Shown: in pieces, positions 1-9,745 of the stretch
Numbering within the stretch: position 1 is the stretch's first letter
Layout: each line of letters opens with the position of its first letter
Position numbers and translations under genes: made by a program
Notes under the pieces: generated by a model
What the model was told of the DNA's origin: nothing
The model's database searches: none
What the model saw: only the letters and a program-made list of their open reading frames with translations
Assembly: GCA_963816145.1 (NCBI GenBank)
Contig: CAWFJP010000011.1
Location: forward strand, 416,001 to 480,000
From: an uncultured delta proteobacterium
GTDB lineage: Bacteria > Desulfobacterota > Binatia > UBA9968
DNA: 64,000 bases
Reading direction: 5' to 3'

Positions 1-283
1 CCGTCGCGGACTGGTTTATCTCCATCAGCCGGTGGCTGCCCGCATGTTCGAGGTTTCGAATGGCGCGGGCGATGCGGGCATCGTCCAGCCAAGGTTTCCC
101 GTCGCGCAAATTGAGCTTCCGCAGCGCCGCCGCGAGTCGCCCGTTAAGCAGCACCTCGCGCGAACTAGCGCGCTCAGTGGACTCGGGTAAATCTGGATCG
201 CCCTCGATCCACTCCCAACCCATCGTCTTAAGCTGTTCGCAGAACGGCTTTTCGACGAGGTCGTATTCCCACTCGATTTTCAT
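1..283 (-). CDS. hsdR: Type I restriction endonuclease subunit R, N-terminal part (runs off the window edge)
   Basis: Manual translation from ATG at 283: MKIEWEYDLVEKPFCEQLKTMGWEWIEGD...ERASSREVLLNGRLAAALRKLN..., which resembles an HsdR N-terminus; lies downstream of hsdM-hsdS-fic; not in the ORF track. Confidence 0.8.
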   Translation of the reverse strand, partial: MKIEWEYDLVEKPFCEQLKTMGWEWIEGDPDLPESTERASSREVLLNGRLAAALRKLNLRDGKPWLDDARIARAIRNLEHAGSHRLMEINQSAT

Positions 284-362
284 GGCCCAAACCTGGCGAA
301 AAAATGGCGCGAGTCATGGCGCAAGTTTGTCGCAAGTTGTGTCGCGAGTCTGTCGCCAGTTT

Positions 363-1409
363 TCATAACAGCCTGTATTCGAGCAGGTTTGTGGCGCCGC
401 TGGCGACGACGAGGCCCGCTTTTACCAGGCCTTGGATGTCTCTTTGAAGGCTTCTCCGGTGAGCTTGGGGGCAGAGCGCCTCATAGTCTTGGATCGTCAA
501 TTTGCCGTGTTCCAAGAGAAACCCCAGTGCCGACTTTTGGCGCGCGTTGAAGCGATGCTTTGCCGCCAAGACATCCGCCTTGATCACCCGCTCGCCTCTT
601 TCCTTCACCTCGTCCATCTGCGTCGCCAATCCGTCGACGAAGTAGTCGAGCCAACCGGTCAAGTCCATCCCTTGCTCGCGCACGCCTTGAATGGCGGCAT
701 AAAAGCTCGCCCGGTCGCGGTCATAGTATTCGCTGATCGAGAACAGTCGCTTGAAATCGTAACCCGCCCGGTAGAGACAAAGCGTGGAGAGCAAACGCGA
801 GGTGCGCCCGTTGCCGTCCACAAAGGGATGAATGTGGACCAACTGAAATTGCGCGATACCGCTCGCAAGCACGGGATGAATTTCGGTCGGTGCGTTGAGC
901 CACGCGACCAGCTCCGCCATCAGCGGGGGCACGTTTAACGGCGGCGGTGGTGTGTAAATGATCTGCCCGGTTTTCGAATTGGCGACGAAGTTCTGCACGC
1001 GCCGGTATTCGCCCGGATGCGCCGCGCCGCCGCGTACGCCCTCGACCAGTCGGCGGTGAATCTCTCGGATCAACCCCTCGGTGATCGGCCCGCCGTCGTT
1101 CAGATAGCCGCTAACGAATTCGAAAGCGTCGCGATAGTTCAACAGCTCGCGCGCATCTTCCGGATCGGCCTCCGGCACCGCTTGTCCCGCGAACAAGCGC
1201 TCCGCCTGTTCCAGCGTTAGATGCGTACCCTCGATGTGCGTCGTGTGGTGGGCTTCTAACAACAACGCCCGCGAGCGCATCGTCGCCAGCCAATCTTCCG
1301 AAAGCTTCGCCGCATCGAGAAATCCCCGCGCCCGCTCGATACGCGTCAGCGCCGCCGTGGCATGGTTGCTGATGCGAAACGAGGGCCGAAACCCACTGGG
1401 ATTTTTCAT
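363..1409 (-). CDS. Fic family protein (class II-like) with C-terminal winged HTH
   Basis: Canonical [12 protein letters not shown] motif; N-terminal TTHIEG inhibitory-type motif; start overlaps the hsdS stop. Confidence 0.9.
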   Translation of the reverse strand: MKNPSGFRPSFRISNHATAALTRIERARGFLDAAKLSEDWLATMRSRALLLEAHHTTHIEGTHLTLEQAERLFAGQAVPEADPEDARELLNYRDAFEFVSGYLNDGGPITEGLIREIHRRLVEGVRGGAAHPGEYRRVQNFVANSKTGQIIYTPPPPLNVPPLMAELVAWLNAPTEIHPVLASGIAQFQLVHIHPFVDGNGRTSRLLSTLCLYRAGYDFKRLFSISEYYDRDRASFYAAIQGVREQGMDLTGWLDYFVDGLATQMDEVKERGERVIKADVLAAKHRFNARQKSALGFLLEHGKLTIQDYEALCPQAHRRSLQRDIQGLVKAGLVVASGATNLLEYRLL

Positions 1410-2701
1410 CCCGTCACCGCAATCCCCTCCGGTACACGCACGCGACCGGTGAGGAGATCGTTCATGAGGCCGGATTTAATCGACGTTAGTTTCTCACCAA
1501 CTTCTTCCTCAGTTTTGATTTCTTTATTCACGGCCTCAAAAACCTCAGAACATCTTTCTTGCTCGGTGGAACTTGGGACTGGAACAAGTAGCGGTCTGAG
1601 AAATTCTAGATTGATGTTCTTCTGAGCAGATTGAGGTGCGAGAGCGTTGAGTCGTTGTTTCGCACGTCGCAAGACCAACTCGACCCACCTGACAACGTTT
1701 GGCGAGGAAACAACTATACCCACGACGCTGTCCGGGAAGTACATCGGAAAACCCAAAATGGCTGTATCTCCGATGTTCGCCGCAATTGTCACGGCAATCG
1801 TTCCAACCGGAAATATTTTACTGACGGAGACCCCGCGCTCGTTCAGACTTTGACTTGCATTCGTGATGATTTCGCCGTTCGCTATTGCGACGTCGCCGGT
1901 TTGAATGAAGGGAAATTGACCGCCGTAGAAGTCCGGATCATTGCGGGGTCGGTGTCCAAACTTCCCACGATCAACGTCCGCGATTTCTGAGAGGGGTAGC
2001 AACTTCCACTCCTTCGGAATCCACCCGAGCGCCGAGTCTTGGAATTGTTCCGGGTGAGTGACGGGATCGCGGAGCTGGCCGTTTTCGTCGAGGCCACGGG
2101 TGAGAAGGTCGTGGAGCAGACCCGCGCGCACTTGCTTGAGTTTCGCAATCACCGCCTCCGTGTTCGCAATCGCCCCGTCCACCGTGTCCAGCACGCCGGC
2201 AATGCGGGTTTGTTCATGCGGAGGCGGAATGACAACGACCATCTTCTCTACATCGTTAAGGTTGAGACCGGGCTGTGCAGAACCTTTTTGGAATCTTCGC
2301 ACCTCTGGCGCAAACAGTTCAGATCTGAACTGATGAAGAAAGAACCTGGATTGGTTTGGCGATTTAACTGCAATCCGTGCGGTGGTCTGCGTGATGTTCG
2401 CACCGCTCAGGGTTGGTGGCACCACGGCAGTCTGGCCTAGGTAACCAACTATGGAAAAGAGAATATCACCACCCTTGAGCGACGAACGAGCATATGCCTC
2501 AGCGATATGTGGATGAATTAAGTAGAGATCGGAATCGTCGACGATGCCGCGACTATAGTCCTGACCGCGAATGATAGCGATGCCCTGCTTTAGACGTTCC
2601 CCTGGTTGGACAACACCATAAGTTATCGGTCTCGCTGGATCGACTATCGACCGAATGGAATCACTTTTCCAATCATCCGGGAACGAACTATTCGTTTGCA
2701 T
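1406..2701 (-). CDS. hsdS: Type I R-M specificity subunit S
   Basis: Two TRD plus conserved-helix repeats ([33 protein letters not shown]; [32 protein letters not shown]). Confidence 0.93.
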   Translation of the reverse strand: MQTNSSFPDDWKSDSIRSIVDPARPITYGVVQPGERLKQGIAIIRGQDYSRGIVDDSDLYLIHPHIAEAYARSSLKGGDILFSIVGYLGQTAVVPPTLSGANITQTTARIAVKSPNQSRFFLHQFRSELFAPEVRRFQKGSAQPGLNLNDVEKMVVVIPPPHEQTRIAGVLDTVDGAIANTEAVIAKLKQVRAGLLHDLLTRGLDENGQLRDPVTHPEQFQDSALGWIPKEWKLLPLSEIADVDRGKFGHRPRNDPDFYGGQFPFIQTGDVAIANGEIITNASQSLNERGVSVSKIFPVGTIAVTIAANIGDTAILGFPMYFPDSVVGIVVSSPNVVRWVELVLRRAKQRLNALAPQSAQKNINLEFLRPLLVPVPSSTEQERCSEVFEAVNKEIKTEEEVGEKLTSIKSGLMNDLLTGRVRVPEGIAVTG

Positions 2702-5384
2702 AGTGAAGCTGGTGAAAAATGGCTTCTAGCCGGTTTGATAGGGCGTTGCCGTCGTTCTTAATGTTACGGAACGTGATGTGATATTTGTCCCATAGTTCCT
2801 GGACAAACCGTACTACAGCCTGCTGCTTCTCGCTTACAGCGGCGTAAAGTCCTACCTGAACGTCGTACTCGAAAAGTTCGAGCACGAGCGCGCGTTTCTT
2901 CTCGTCACCCGTGAAGCCGCAGCGGTTTTTGAGTTCGGAAACAAACTCGTCGGTCAGCTTGCGGAAGCGGGCGCGGGCGACAGAGAGGTCAGTTTTAATT
3001 TTTTCGTAAGGCGCGAGCGTGGCTTCAAGCGTAGCGATTTGGTCGAGCGCGGGCTCTAGCGCAGCTTTAGCTGCGCATGCGGCGTGGCGGTCGGCGTCGG
3101 TTGCCTTTGGTTTTGCGCCGGCTTTTTCGAGTTTAGCGAGTTCCTTGAGCGCTTCTTTGTTCTCCGATTTCAGTTCGCGTATCTGACGTTCAAGATCTTT
3201 GGCATAGTTCCAGTTTTCCAGTTCCGCTTCGTCGCCGTCCTCTGGAGGATTACTTTGCTCGAAGGCTTCTTTCTCGCCTTTGAGGCGAGCAACGTCGGCC
3301 TTGGCGGCGGCGATTTGTTCGAGGTAGTCGGACATCACGCGTCGAACCAGCTTGTGCGCGAAGGGATCGAAGGTCGGGCCGGCGGCTTCGTCGTCTTCCA
3401 CGGCGTCGGCGATGGCGTCCACCCAGCCGTCGATCACACCGGGAAAACCGTTTTCCAAGAGCGTTTTGAAATCCGGCAGCGTTTCGGTCCACCAAGTCGC
3501 GATGACACCCGAAAGCTTGAAGCGATCGAGTGTGCCGAGCGGCGCGAGCGCGGTAACGAAACTATCGAGGAACTCGCTACGGACACGATTGAGTTCGCGG
3601 TGCCGCGGCAACTCGGCAAGCCGGGCTGAGTGGGCGACCCACCATGCGATGACGGCATCGCGGAGCGACTGCACGCGCACCTGCACGCCGGGATCGTTTT
3701 CAACGAGCGGCCTGATCGCTGAGCGCTCTGTGAGCGAGGGCGCGAAGTCGAGGTAATTCCCCCTCACCCCATCCCTCTCCCCCGTTTCCGGGGGCGAGGG
3801 GGTAGCAGCTGAGGATCGCGGGGCAAAGGCATGGGTCGGATCGAACCCTAATGCCTCCAAAAGTGCATGCTGCCCTTCGACTTCGGCAACCGGCACGCCG
3901 CCGAGCAGATGAGCGCGCACGTCGTGCGGCTCAGGAGGCGGCGAGTTGTCCACGTAGCGACGAATGTTGAGGTTCCAGTCGTTGGCTGGACTGTTGATTT
4001 CGTCGAGCGGCACGCGCCGCGCGTAGCCGGTGATGTCCTCGAAGCGGTCGTAGGTAGACACGATTTTTTCGACATGCTCCGGCCGCAAATAGTTCTGCGC
4101 CCGGCCGGCGTGGAACTCGGCGTCGGCGTTGATGAAGAGAACCTGGCCACGCCGGTTCTCGGGTTTATTCGGGTTGGGCAACTGGCCAGTGAGATTCGGC
4201 CGCATGACAAGAATACAAGCAGGAATGCCGGCGCCGTAGAAAAGATTGGGCGGCAAGCCGATGATCGCCTCGATCAGGTCTTGTTCGAGAAACTTCTTGC
4301 GAATCTCCTTCTCTGCGCCGCCGCGAAAGAGCACGCCGTGGGGCATGACCGTCGTAACCATTCCCGTCGGTTTGCAGGTCGCGAGCATGTGCTGGGCGAA
4401 CATCAGATCGCCCTTCTTGCCCGTCGTCGGCGCCCAACCCCAGCGGAACCGCTCGGGGTATTCCATGTTGCTCTTTGTATAGTTTTGGCTGAACGGCGGA
4501 TTGGCAATCACGCGGTCGAAGCGCTCTAACTCGCCTGCCTCGCGATGCATCGGGTGAAGCAGTGTATCCTCAAGCTCGATACGCGCACCGGGAATGCCGT
4601 GGAGCAGCATGTTGAGCTTGCAAATCGCCCAGGCGGATGCGTCATTCACTTGACCGCACAGATCGAGATTGGTGGGGTCGCCGCCGGATTGCTCAATAAA
4701 CTCGCGGCTGATGATGAGCATGCCACCCGAACCGCAACATGGATCGTAGACGCTCAAGCCAGGTTTCGGCTTTAGGATTCGCACCATTAACCGGATGACA
4801 TCGCGCGGGGTGTAAAAATCTCCGCCCTTTTTGCCCGCCGACTCGGCGAACATGTTGATAAGGAACTCATAAGCGGAACCGAGAAGATCGGAGAACTGAA
4901 AATCCTCGTTGTGCAAACGGTAACGGCTGAAGTGGCGCACGAGATCTTTGCAGGCGTCATCGGAAACAATGCGCTTGTTATTTTGCACCTTCATGAACTG
5001 GATATGATCCAGCACATGCTCAAGGGATTCGTTATGCTCCGCTATTCCGGCCAGCGCCTCATCGAGAACGCTGCCGTACGGCTTGGCTGCGTCGCCCATG
5101 TGCTCTTGTAAGTAAGCCCAGCGCGCCCGTTCCGGGATAAAAAATCCATCGTAGTAGTCGGAATCTTCCCCGTAGGCCTCGGCTTTTTCTTTGGCCATCC
5201 CCTCTTCAAGTCTAGTGCCGACAATCTTTTCGCGTTCCGCATCGAAAACATCCGAGCAGCGCTTCAGAAACAGCATTCCGAAGATGTAATCCTTGTAGGT
5301 CGCGGCATCGAGTCCCTCTTGGCGCAGTCGGTCCGCGGCAGAGTAGAGGTGGCGTTCGAGTTTAGCTAGGGAAAGTTTTGCCAT
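2688..5384 (-). CDS. hsdM: Type I R-M N6-adenine methyltransferase subunit M with long C-terminal extension
   Basis: HsdM N-terminus (YIFGMLFLKR), GDFYTPR, motif I YDPCCGSGGML, motif IV NPPF, PHGVLFRGG; 898 aa. Confidence 0.93.
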   Translation of the reverse strand: MAKLSLAKLERHLYSAADRLRQEGLDAATYKDYIFGMLFLKRCSDVFDAEREKIVGTRLEEGMAKEKAEAYGEDSDYYDGFFIPERARWAYLQEHMGDAAKPYGSVLDEALAGIAEHNESLEHVLDHIQFMKVQNNKRIVSDDACKDLVRHFSRYRLHNEDFQFSDLLGSAYEFLINMFAESAGKKGGDFYTPRDVIRLMVRILKPKPGLSVYDPCCGSGGMLIISREFIEQSGGDPTNLDLCGQVNDASAWAICKLNMLLHGIPGARIELEDTLLHPMHREAGELERFDRVIANPPFSQNYTKSNMEYPERFRWGWAPTTGKKGDLMFAQHMLATCKPTGMVTTVMPHGVLFRGGAEKEIRKKFLEQDLIEAIIGLPPNLFYGAGIPACILVMRPNLTGQLPNPNKPENRRGQVLFINADAEFHAGRAQNYLRPEHVEKIVSTYDRFEDITGYARRVPLDEINSPANDWNLNIRRYVDNSPPPEPHDVRAHLLGGVPVAEVEGQHALLEALGFDPTHAFAPRSSAATPSPPETGERDGVRGNYLDFAPSLTERSAIRPLVENDPGVQVRVQSLRDAVIAWWVAHSARLAELPRHRELNRVRSEFLDSFVTALAPLGTLDRFKLSGVIATWWTETLPDFKTLLENGFPGVIDGWVDAIADAVEDDEAAGPTFDPFAHKLVRRVMSDYLEQIAAAKADVARLKGEKEAFEQSNPPEDGDEAELENWNYAKDLERQIRELKSENKEALKELAKLEKAGAKPKATDADRHAACAAKAALEPALDQIATLEATLAPYEKIKTDLSVARARFRKLTDEFVSELKNRCGFTGDEKKRALVLELFEYDVQVGLYAAVSEKQQAVVRFVQELWDKYHITFRNIKNDGNALSNRLEAIFHQLHYANE
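3759..3802. repeat. REP-like palindromic element inside the hsdM coding sequence
   Basis: CCCTCACCCCAT-CCCTCTCCCCCG-TTTC-CGGGGGCGAGGG: 12-bp stem with one mismatch; read in frame as TPSPPETGERDGVRG. Confidence 0.7.
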
Positions 5385-5454
5385 AGTTCAAATGATGATG
5401 AAAAGTTTTCCGGATTTTACGTGAACTGGCCTTGCAAGAGCAAGGCTACCGGGG

Positions 5455-6460
5455 GCCAGATCGTTCTTCAATGCATCATGGACCTTCTCCACACTCCCAC
5501 AGCGCTCGCGCTGCCAGCGCAACAGTTCCTCGCCCTCGATCTCCCAACGGTTGGTGACCACCGCGTAGTAGTGATAGCTGTTGCCGTCTGAAAATAGCTC
5601 GGTCTGCCAGGGCCTGACTCGGATCGCTAAATAGCGGTCCGGCTTCATGGCCTTTTTCACCGATGCATCCGAGGGGATAAACTCGACCTCGGCCCACTCT
5701 TTTCTGCCTTCGATCCATCCCTTCTCGGTCAGTCTCCTCAACGGTTTCCACGCGGAGTCCGATAATGAGACGATCTTTCCCCGAAGCGCCTCGCTGACAT
5801 CGGCGCTGATGGCAAAATAGACTGGCACTTGCTTGCCATAAAGTTCTATCCCATCGCGCATCGCATCTAACAGCTTGTGCTGGTAGGCCGCGCTGTCGGA
5901 ACGAAAGTAAAGCGTCTCGATGCTCGCAGGCAGGGCCCGGGTCGTTCGCATAAACGAGCTCAGGCAATCCATCCCCGCCGGCACATTGCCATCGCGAAAC
6001 TCGTCGGCCAAAATCAAATCTTGCTCCACCCAGTAGTTGATCACCGGCTGATAGCCGCGCTCGCCCAAATACGTCATGCGGCTCTGTTCTTTGTGGCTCT
6101 CGACCACCGTGGCGTCCTGGTCGATGGTGGCCTGCTTAGGTTCTTCTTTGCGGCTTGCCTTTAACACCACTTCCCGTTGGACTTCCCACAGCCCCGCTAG
6201 CGGCTTGGTCTCCGGTGCGATAAAAGCTCCCTGTTCAGGTCTCTCCTCCAACAGCTTCTCATCGTGAAAGCCGTAGAGAAAAAATCGCACCGCTTCGGCC
6301 GACGGCAGCTCGCCCACCAACAGCTTTAACCCAGCATCGGTGCGCAGCCGCTCGATATCTTCCAGGCAATCCCCGCCGGCTGCCATCAGCGCGATCAAGC
6401 TTTGCACATACTGTGACTCGCTGTAGCCGCGTTGGCGCTGCTTGATCCGAACATGCTGCT
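5455..6460 (-). mobile_element. IS1380-family transposase, internal fragment (both ends missing)
   Basis: AAGGDCLEDIERLR, TIDQDAT, GYQP, FRDGNVPA, FRSDSA, VEKVHDALKNDLA motifs; similarity stops after KNDLA and before EQHVRIKQ; no terminal inverted repeats seen. Confidence 0.75.
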
Positions 6461-7970
6461 CACGATCAGTGGATTGCACTGTTGACGTTTTCAGCCGCCG
6501 CCTGGAAATGTGCCGTGCGCGATCAGTGGATCGGCTGGGACTTGCACCATCAGTACGACTACGACCGTTTAAAACTGATCGCCAACAACAGCCGGTTTTT
6601 AATCCTCCCCGATTGGCACCACCGTAATCTCGGCTCCAAGATTCTATCATTGTGTCACAAGCGGCTGTGCGCCGACTGGCAAGAGCGCTTTGGCCATTCC
6701 TTACTGCTGCTGGAGACCTTCGTCGACCCCCAACGTTTTGTCGGCACGGTCTATCAATCCGCCAACTGGAGCTATCTCGGGCTGACCCGTGGTTATCGGC
6801 GCACCCCTCAGGGCTACAGCAACACCGCTATCGCACCGAAAAAAGTCTTCGTTAAGTCCTTACACCAACAGGCCCGCTCCCTGCTCGCTGCCTGCGTCTT
6901 GCCAGTTCCGTATCGCCAAGGAGTTGTGAAAATGAAACTCACCGCGCAACAGATGCTCTCGCTTTGGGACTTCTTTGCCGATATCCCCGATCCGCGCCGC
7001 GCCCAAGGACGACGCCATTCGCTCGCTTGCGTCCTGGCCATTGTTTGTGCCGCTACTCTGTGTGGCATGCGCGGCTATAAGGCCATCGCCGACTGGGCCC
7101 ACAGCCTCTCGCCTCGGGCCCGCCAGAGATTTCGCTGCCGTTACGTGAACGGACTATACCTCGTCCCCAGCGAGTCGATCATCCGCGATGTCATGATCCG
7201 GGTGGCTCCCAGCGATCTCGAAAAAGCTCTAAACCGTTACAATCAAGCCTTTGCTCAACAGGACTCTACCCTCGCTATCGACGGCAAAACCATGCGCAAC
7301 GCCCTTGATCACAACGACCATCAAACTCACGTCATGAGCGTGGTCGGCCACCACTCCAAGATCTGCTACACCCAAAAAAAGTCGGCTCGCTGCCCGCCCA
7401 TGGCGACACCTCTGAGCTAAAACAAACCAACGAGATCGGCATGGCCATTCCACTCCTCGATGACCTCGATCTGTGTGGCAAAGACTTAACCGCCGATGCC
7501 CTTCTCACCCAACGTAAACTCGCCGACTACTTGGTCCGCACCCGCAAAGCCCACTACCACTTCACGGTTAAAGCCAATCAGCCCTCGCTCCTTGACGATC
7601 TCGTGCTGTTCTTCAACGATCGCCATCAACCCCAGTTTGTCATGCACGACCCGCCCGATCATGGCCGCATTGAAACTCGGCAAATCTGGACCACCACTGA
7701 ACTCAACGCTTATCTCAACTTCCCTCACCTCGGCCAAGCCTTTGCCATCGAACGGATTACCCTCAACAAAAAAACCGGCAAGACTTCCCGTGAAATCGCC
7801 TACGGTATTACCAGCCGTTCTCCTGGGCAGGCCTCGCCCCAGCGCTTGCTCGAAATCAACCGGGGCCATTGGACCATCGAAAACTGCTGCCACTACGTTC
7901 TCGATTGGGCCTTCGATGAGGACCGCTGTCGCATTCGCACCGGCTACGGCCCTGAGAATATTTCACGCGT
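6461..7970 (+). mobile_element. DUF4338 + ISAs1-family transposase, truncated at both ends, two ORFs joined by a -1 frameshift site
   Basis: RDQWIGW..NNSRFLILP..LLETFVDP..YQSANW (DUF4338); IPDPRRAQGRRH, AIDGKT, TADAL, TVKANQ, HGRIETR, RGHWTIEN, FDEDRCRIR (ISAs1/H-repeat); ORFs 6482-7420 and 7441 onward. Confidence 0.8.
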
Positions 7971-7980
7971 GTGCGATCAA

Positions 7981-8308
7981 TTACTTTTTCTTGAGTTGAC
8001 TTTGAATCGCCCGCTTCGCCCAGACGCAAAGTTCGTCGGGGTCTTCGAGAACCTCCACCGGCACCTGGTAATAACTCTTGAGCGTCTGCTTGGCGTTGGG
8101 CCGGAACGGTTTCATCTCTGTGCTTGCGGTATGCTCCGACGGTCGAATCGTCGACCTTGAAGAACAGCTTGCCCTTGTGGACGATGCCGAAGAAGGTCTC
8201 GTCTAGGTAAAGACCAAATCCGCCGAACATGCGCCGCGCCTCGACAGCAGCCAGATGCGTGAGCTGGTCGAGAATGAAATCTTTGAACGATTCATCCTTC
8301 CGATTCAT
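7981..8308 (-). pseudogene. TfoX/Sxy N-terminal-domain protein with a +1 frameshift near 8116 (or a sequencing error)
   Basis: MNRKDESFKDFILDQL..ARRMFGGFGLY..KLFFKVDD, continuing in another frame as MKPFRPNAKQTLKSYYQVPVEVLEDPDELCVWAKRAI..*. Confidence 0.75.
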
Positions 8309-8326
8309 TGTCCCCGAACTCTCCGG

Positions 8327-8371
8327 TCTGAACATTTTGAACGACTTGAACTATTTGAACGTTTTGAACGA
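8327..8371. repeat. Five imperfect 9-bp tandem units with TGAAC core
   Basis: tctgaacat tttgaacga cttgaacta tttgaacgt tttgaacga. Confidence 0.75.
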
Positions 8372-8373
8372 GT

Positions 8374-9234
8374 CTAACCAAGGGCCAGCGCCACAATCCC
8401 CAACACCATGGCGCTCGCTGCCGCAAGCCGCCGCCGCGCATCGCCTTCGGCGAGCAAGCGCGCGCCCATCAGCGTGCCGATGAGGATGGCGATCTCGCGC
8501 GCCGGCGCGACGTAGCTCACCGGCGTAAAGCTCATGGCGGTCAACACCAGAATATACGAGAGCGGGATCAGAATGGCGATCGAGATCGCTTCCCATTTAT
8601 GCTCGCGCCATTCGATCACGGCTTCCTCGGAATAGCGCAGCGCGAAGGGGGTCAATAGAATGGCCCGCCCGACATTGGCGCCCCAGTCCAAAACCATCGG
8701 CACGATGGCAAAATGGCTAACCGCCTGCTTGTCCCACAAGGTGTAAGCCGCGATGAAGATTCCGGTGATCAGCGCATAGCCGACCGCGTCGCGATGGCCG
8801 CCTTGGCGCAGCCGCGCGATGTTGCCGGTCAATATCATCACGCCCCCGGTGATCGACAGCGCTCCGGCGACGGCAATCGGCGACGGTCTTTCACCGAGAA
8901 AAATAATTGCCGCGAGACTCGACAGCAGCGGCCCGGTGCCGCGCGCCAGCGGATAGACCAGCGACAAGTCGCCGACCCGATATCCTTGATTGAGCAAGAG
9001 GAAATAGGCGGTGTGCAGCGCCGCGCTGCCGGCCATCATGCCGATCTCGACGGGAGTGAATCGAATCTGCCAAATCTCGATGATCGCAATCGTCGCCGGC
9101 GCGTAGAACAGCGCCGACAGCAAGGCGACGATCCAGGTGAACGTGCCGTGGCCGCCCGCCTGCTTGTTGAGCAGATTCCAGGTCGCGTGGATCACCGCCG
9201 CGGCGAGAATCAGCGTGAGCGCCAGACCGTTCAT
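8374..9234 (-). CDS. EamA/DMT family transporter
   Basis: About 10 hydrophobic helices; GDLSLVYPLARG and VSYVAPARE motifs. Confidence 0.88.
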   Translation of the reverse strand: MNGLALTLILAAAVIHATWNLLNKQAGGHGTFTWIVALLSALFYAPATIAIIEIWQIRFTPVEIGMMAGSAALHTAYFLLLNQGYRVGDLSLVYPLARGTGPLLSSLAAIIFLGERPSPIAVAGALSITGGVMILTGNIARLRQGGHRDAVGYALITGIFIAAYTLWDKQAVSHFAIVPMVLDWGANVGRAILLTPFALRYSEEAVIEWREHKWEAISIAILIPLSYILVLTAMSFTPVSYVAPAREIAILIGTLMGARLLAEGDARRRLAAASAMVLGIVALALG

Positions 9235-9263
9235 GAGTTCGCCAGAGTACGCGAAGCGCAGCG

Positions 9264-9734
9264 TCAGTCAACGACAGCAATGACGTCGCCGATTCGAATC
9301 ACGCCGCCCTTCACGATCTCGGCACGCAGCCCGCCGCGGTGAATCAGCCCCGGCGCCGCCCCTTTCGTAGTAAGCTTTTCCAAATGCAAGCAGGGCTCGC
9401 ACAAGCGCATGCCGCGCAAGACCACGGCGCCGACGGCAAAGATTTTGCCGACCAGATGATTCAAAGCGACGCCGCGAGTCACTAGGTTGCGGCGCGCCAA
9501 ACCCGCAGCCAGATGCACATCGTATTCGCGCGCCAGAGCTTCGATCGCTTCGATTTCAATGAGCGTGATGGCACGGCCGGTGCCGGGATGATTCGAGTAA
9601 GTGCCGGTTTGCGTGAAATAGCGGTCGCCCTCGAGTCCACGGCCCGGGACGCCAGTGACGGCGGAAACGCTCTGCATCGGCGCAGCCCCATGGCCGGCGA
9701 TATGCAACGAGACAACCAAAGCTTGCTGCGGCAT
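9264..9734 (-). CDS. MOSC domain protein
   Basis: GRGLEGDRY, RRNLVTRG, CEPC, RGGLRAEI..GG.I..GD. Confidence 0.9.
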   Translation of the reverse strand: MPQQALVVSLHIAGHGAAPMQSVSAVTGVPGRGLEGDRYFTQTGTYSNHPGTGRAITLIEIEAIEALAREYDVHLAAGLARRNLVTRGVALNHLVGKIFAVGAVVLRGMRLCEPCLHLEKLTTKGAAPGLIHRGGLRAEIVKGGVIRIGDVIAVVD

Positions 9735-9745
9735 GATTCCGGCGA

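Noticed and set aside
5388-6650. Intact 420-aa transposase as given in the ORF track
   Set aside because: The N-terminal ~63 aa are antisense of the ISAs1 element and the last ~21 aa are unrelated; only the middle is IS1380-like
6461-6930. Druantia anti-phage system suggested by the DUF4338/DruA-like domain
   Set aside because: The domain is in frame with an ISAs1 transposase and truncated; no DruE helicase or other dru genes are present
8327-8371. CRISPR or iteron array
   Set aside because: Only five imperfect 9-bp units with no spacers and no cas or rep gene; no CRISPR-like repeat-spacer pattern seen anywhere in the window
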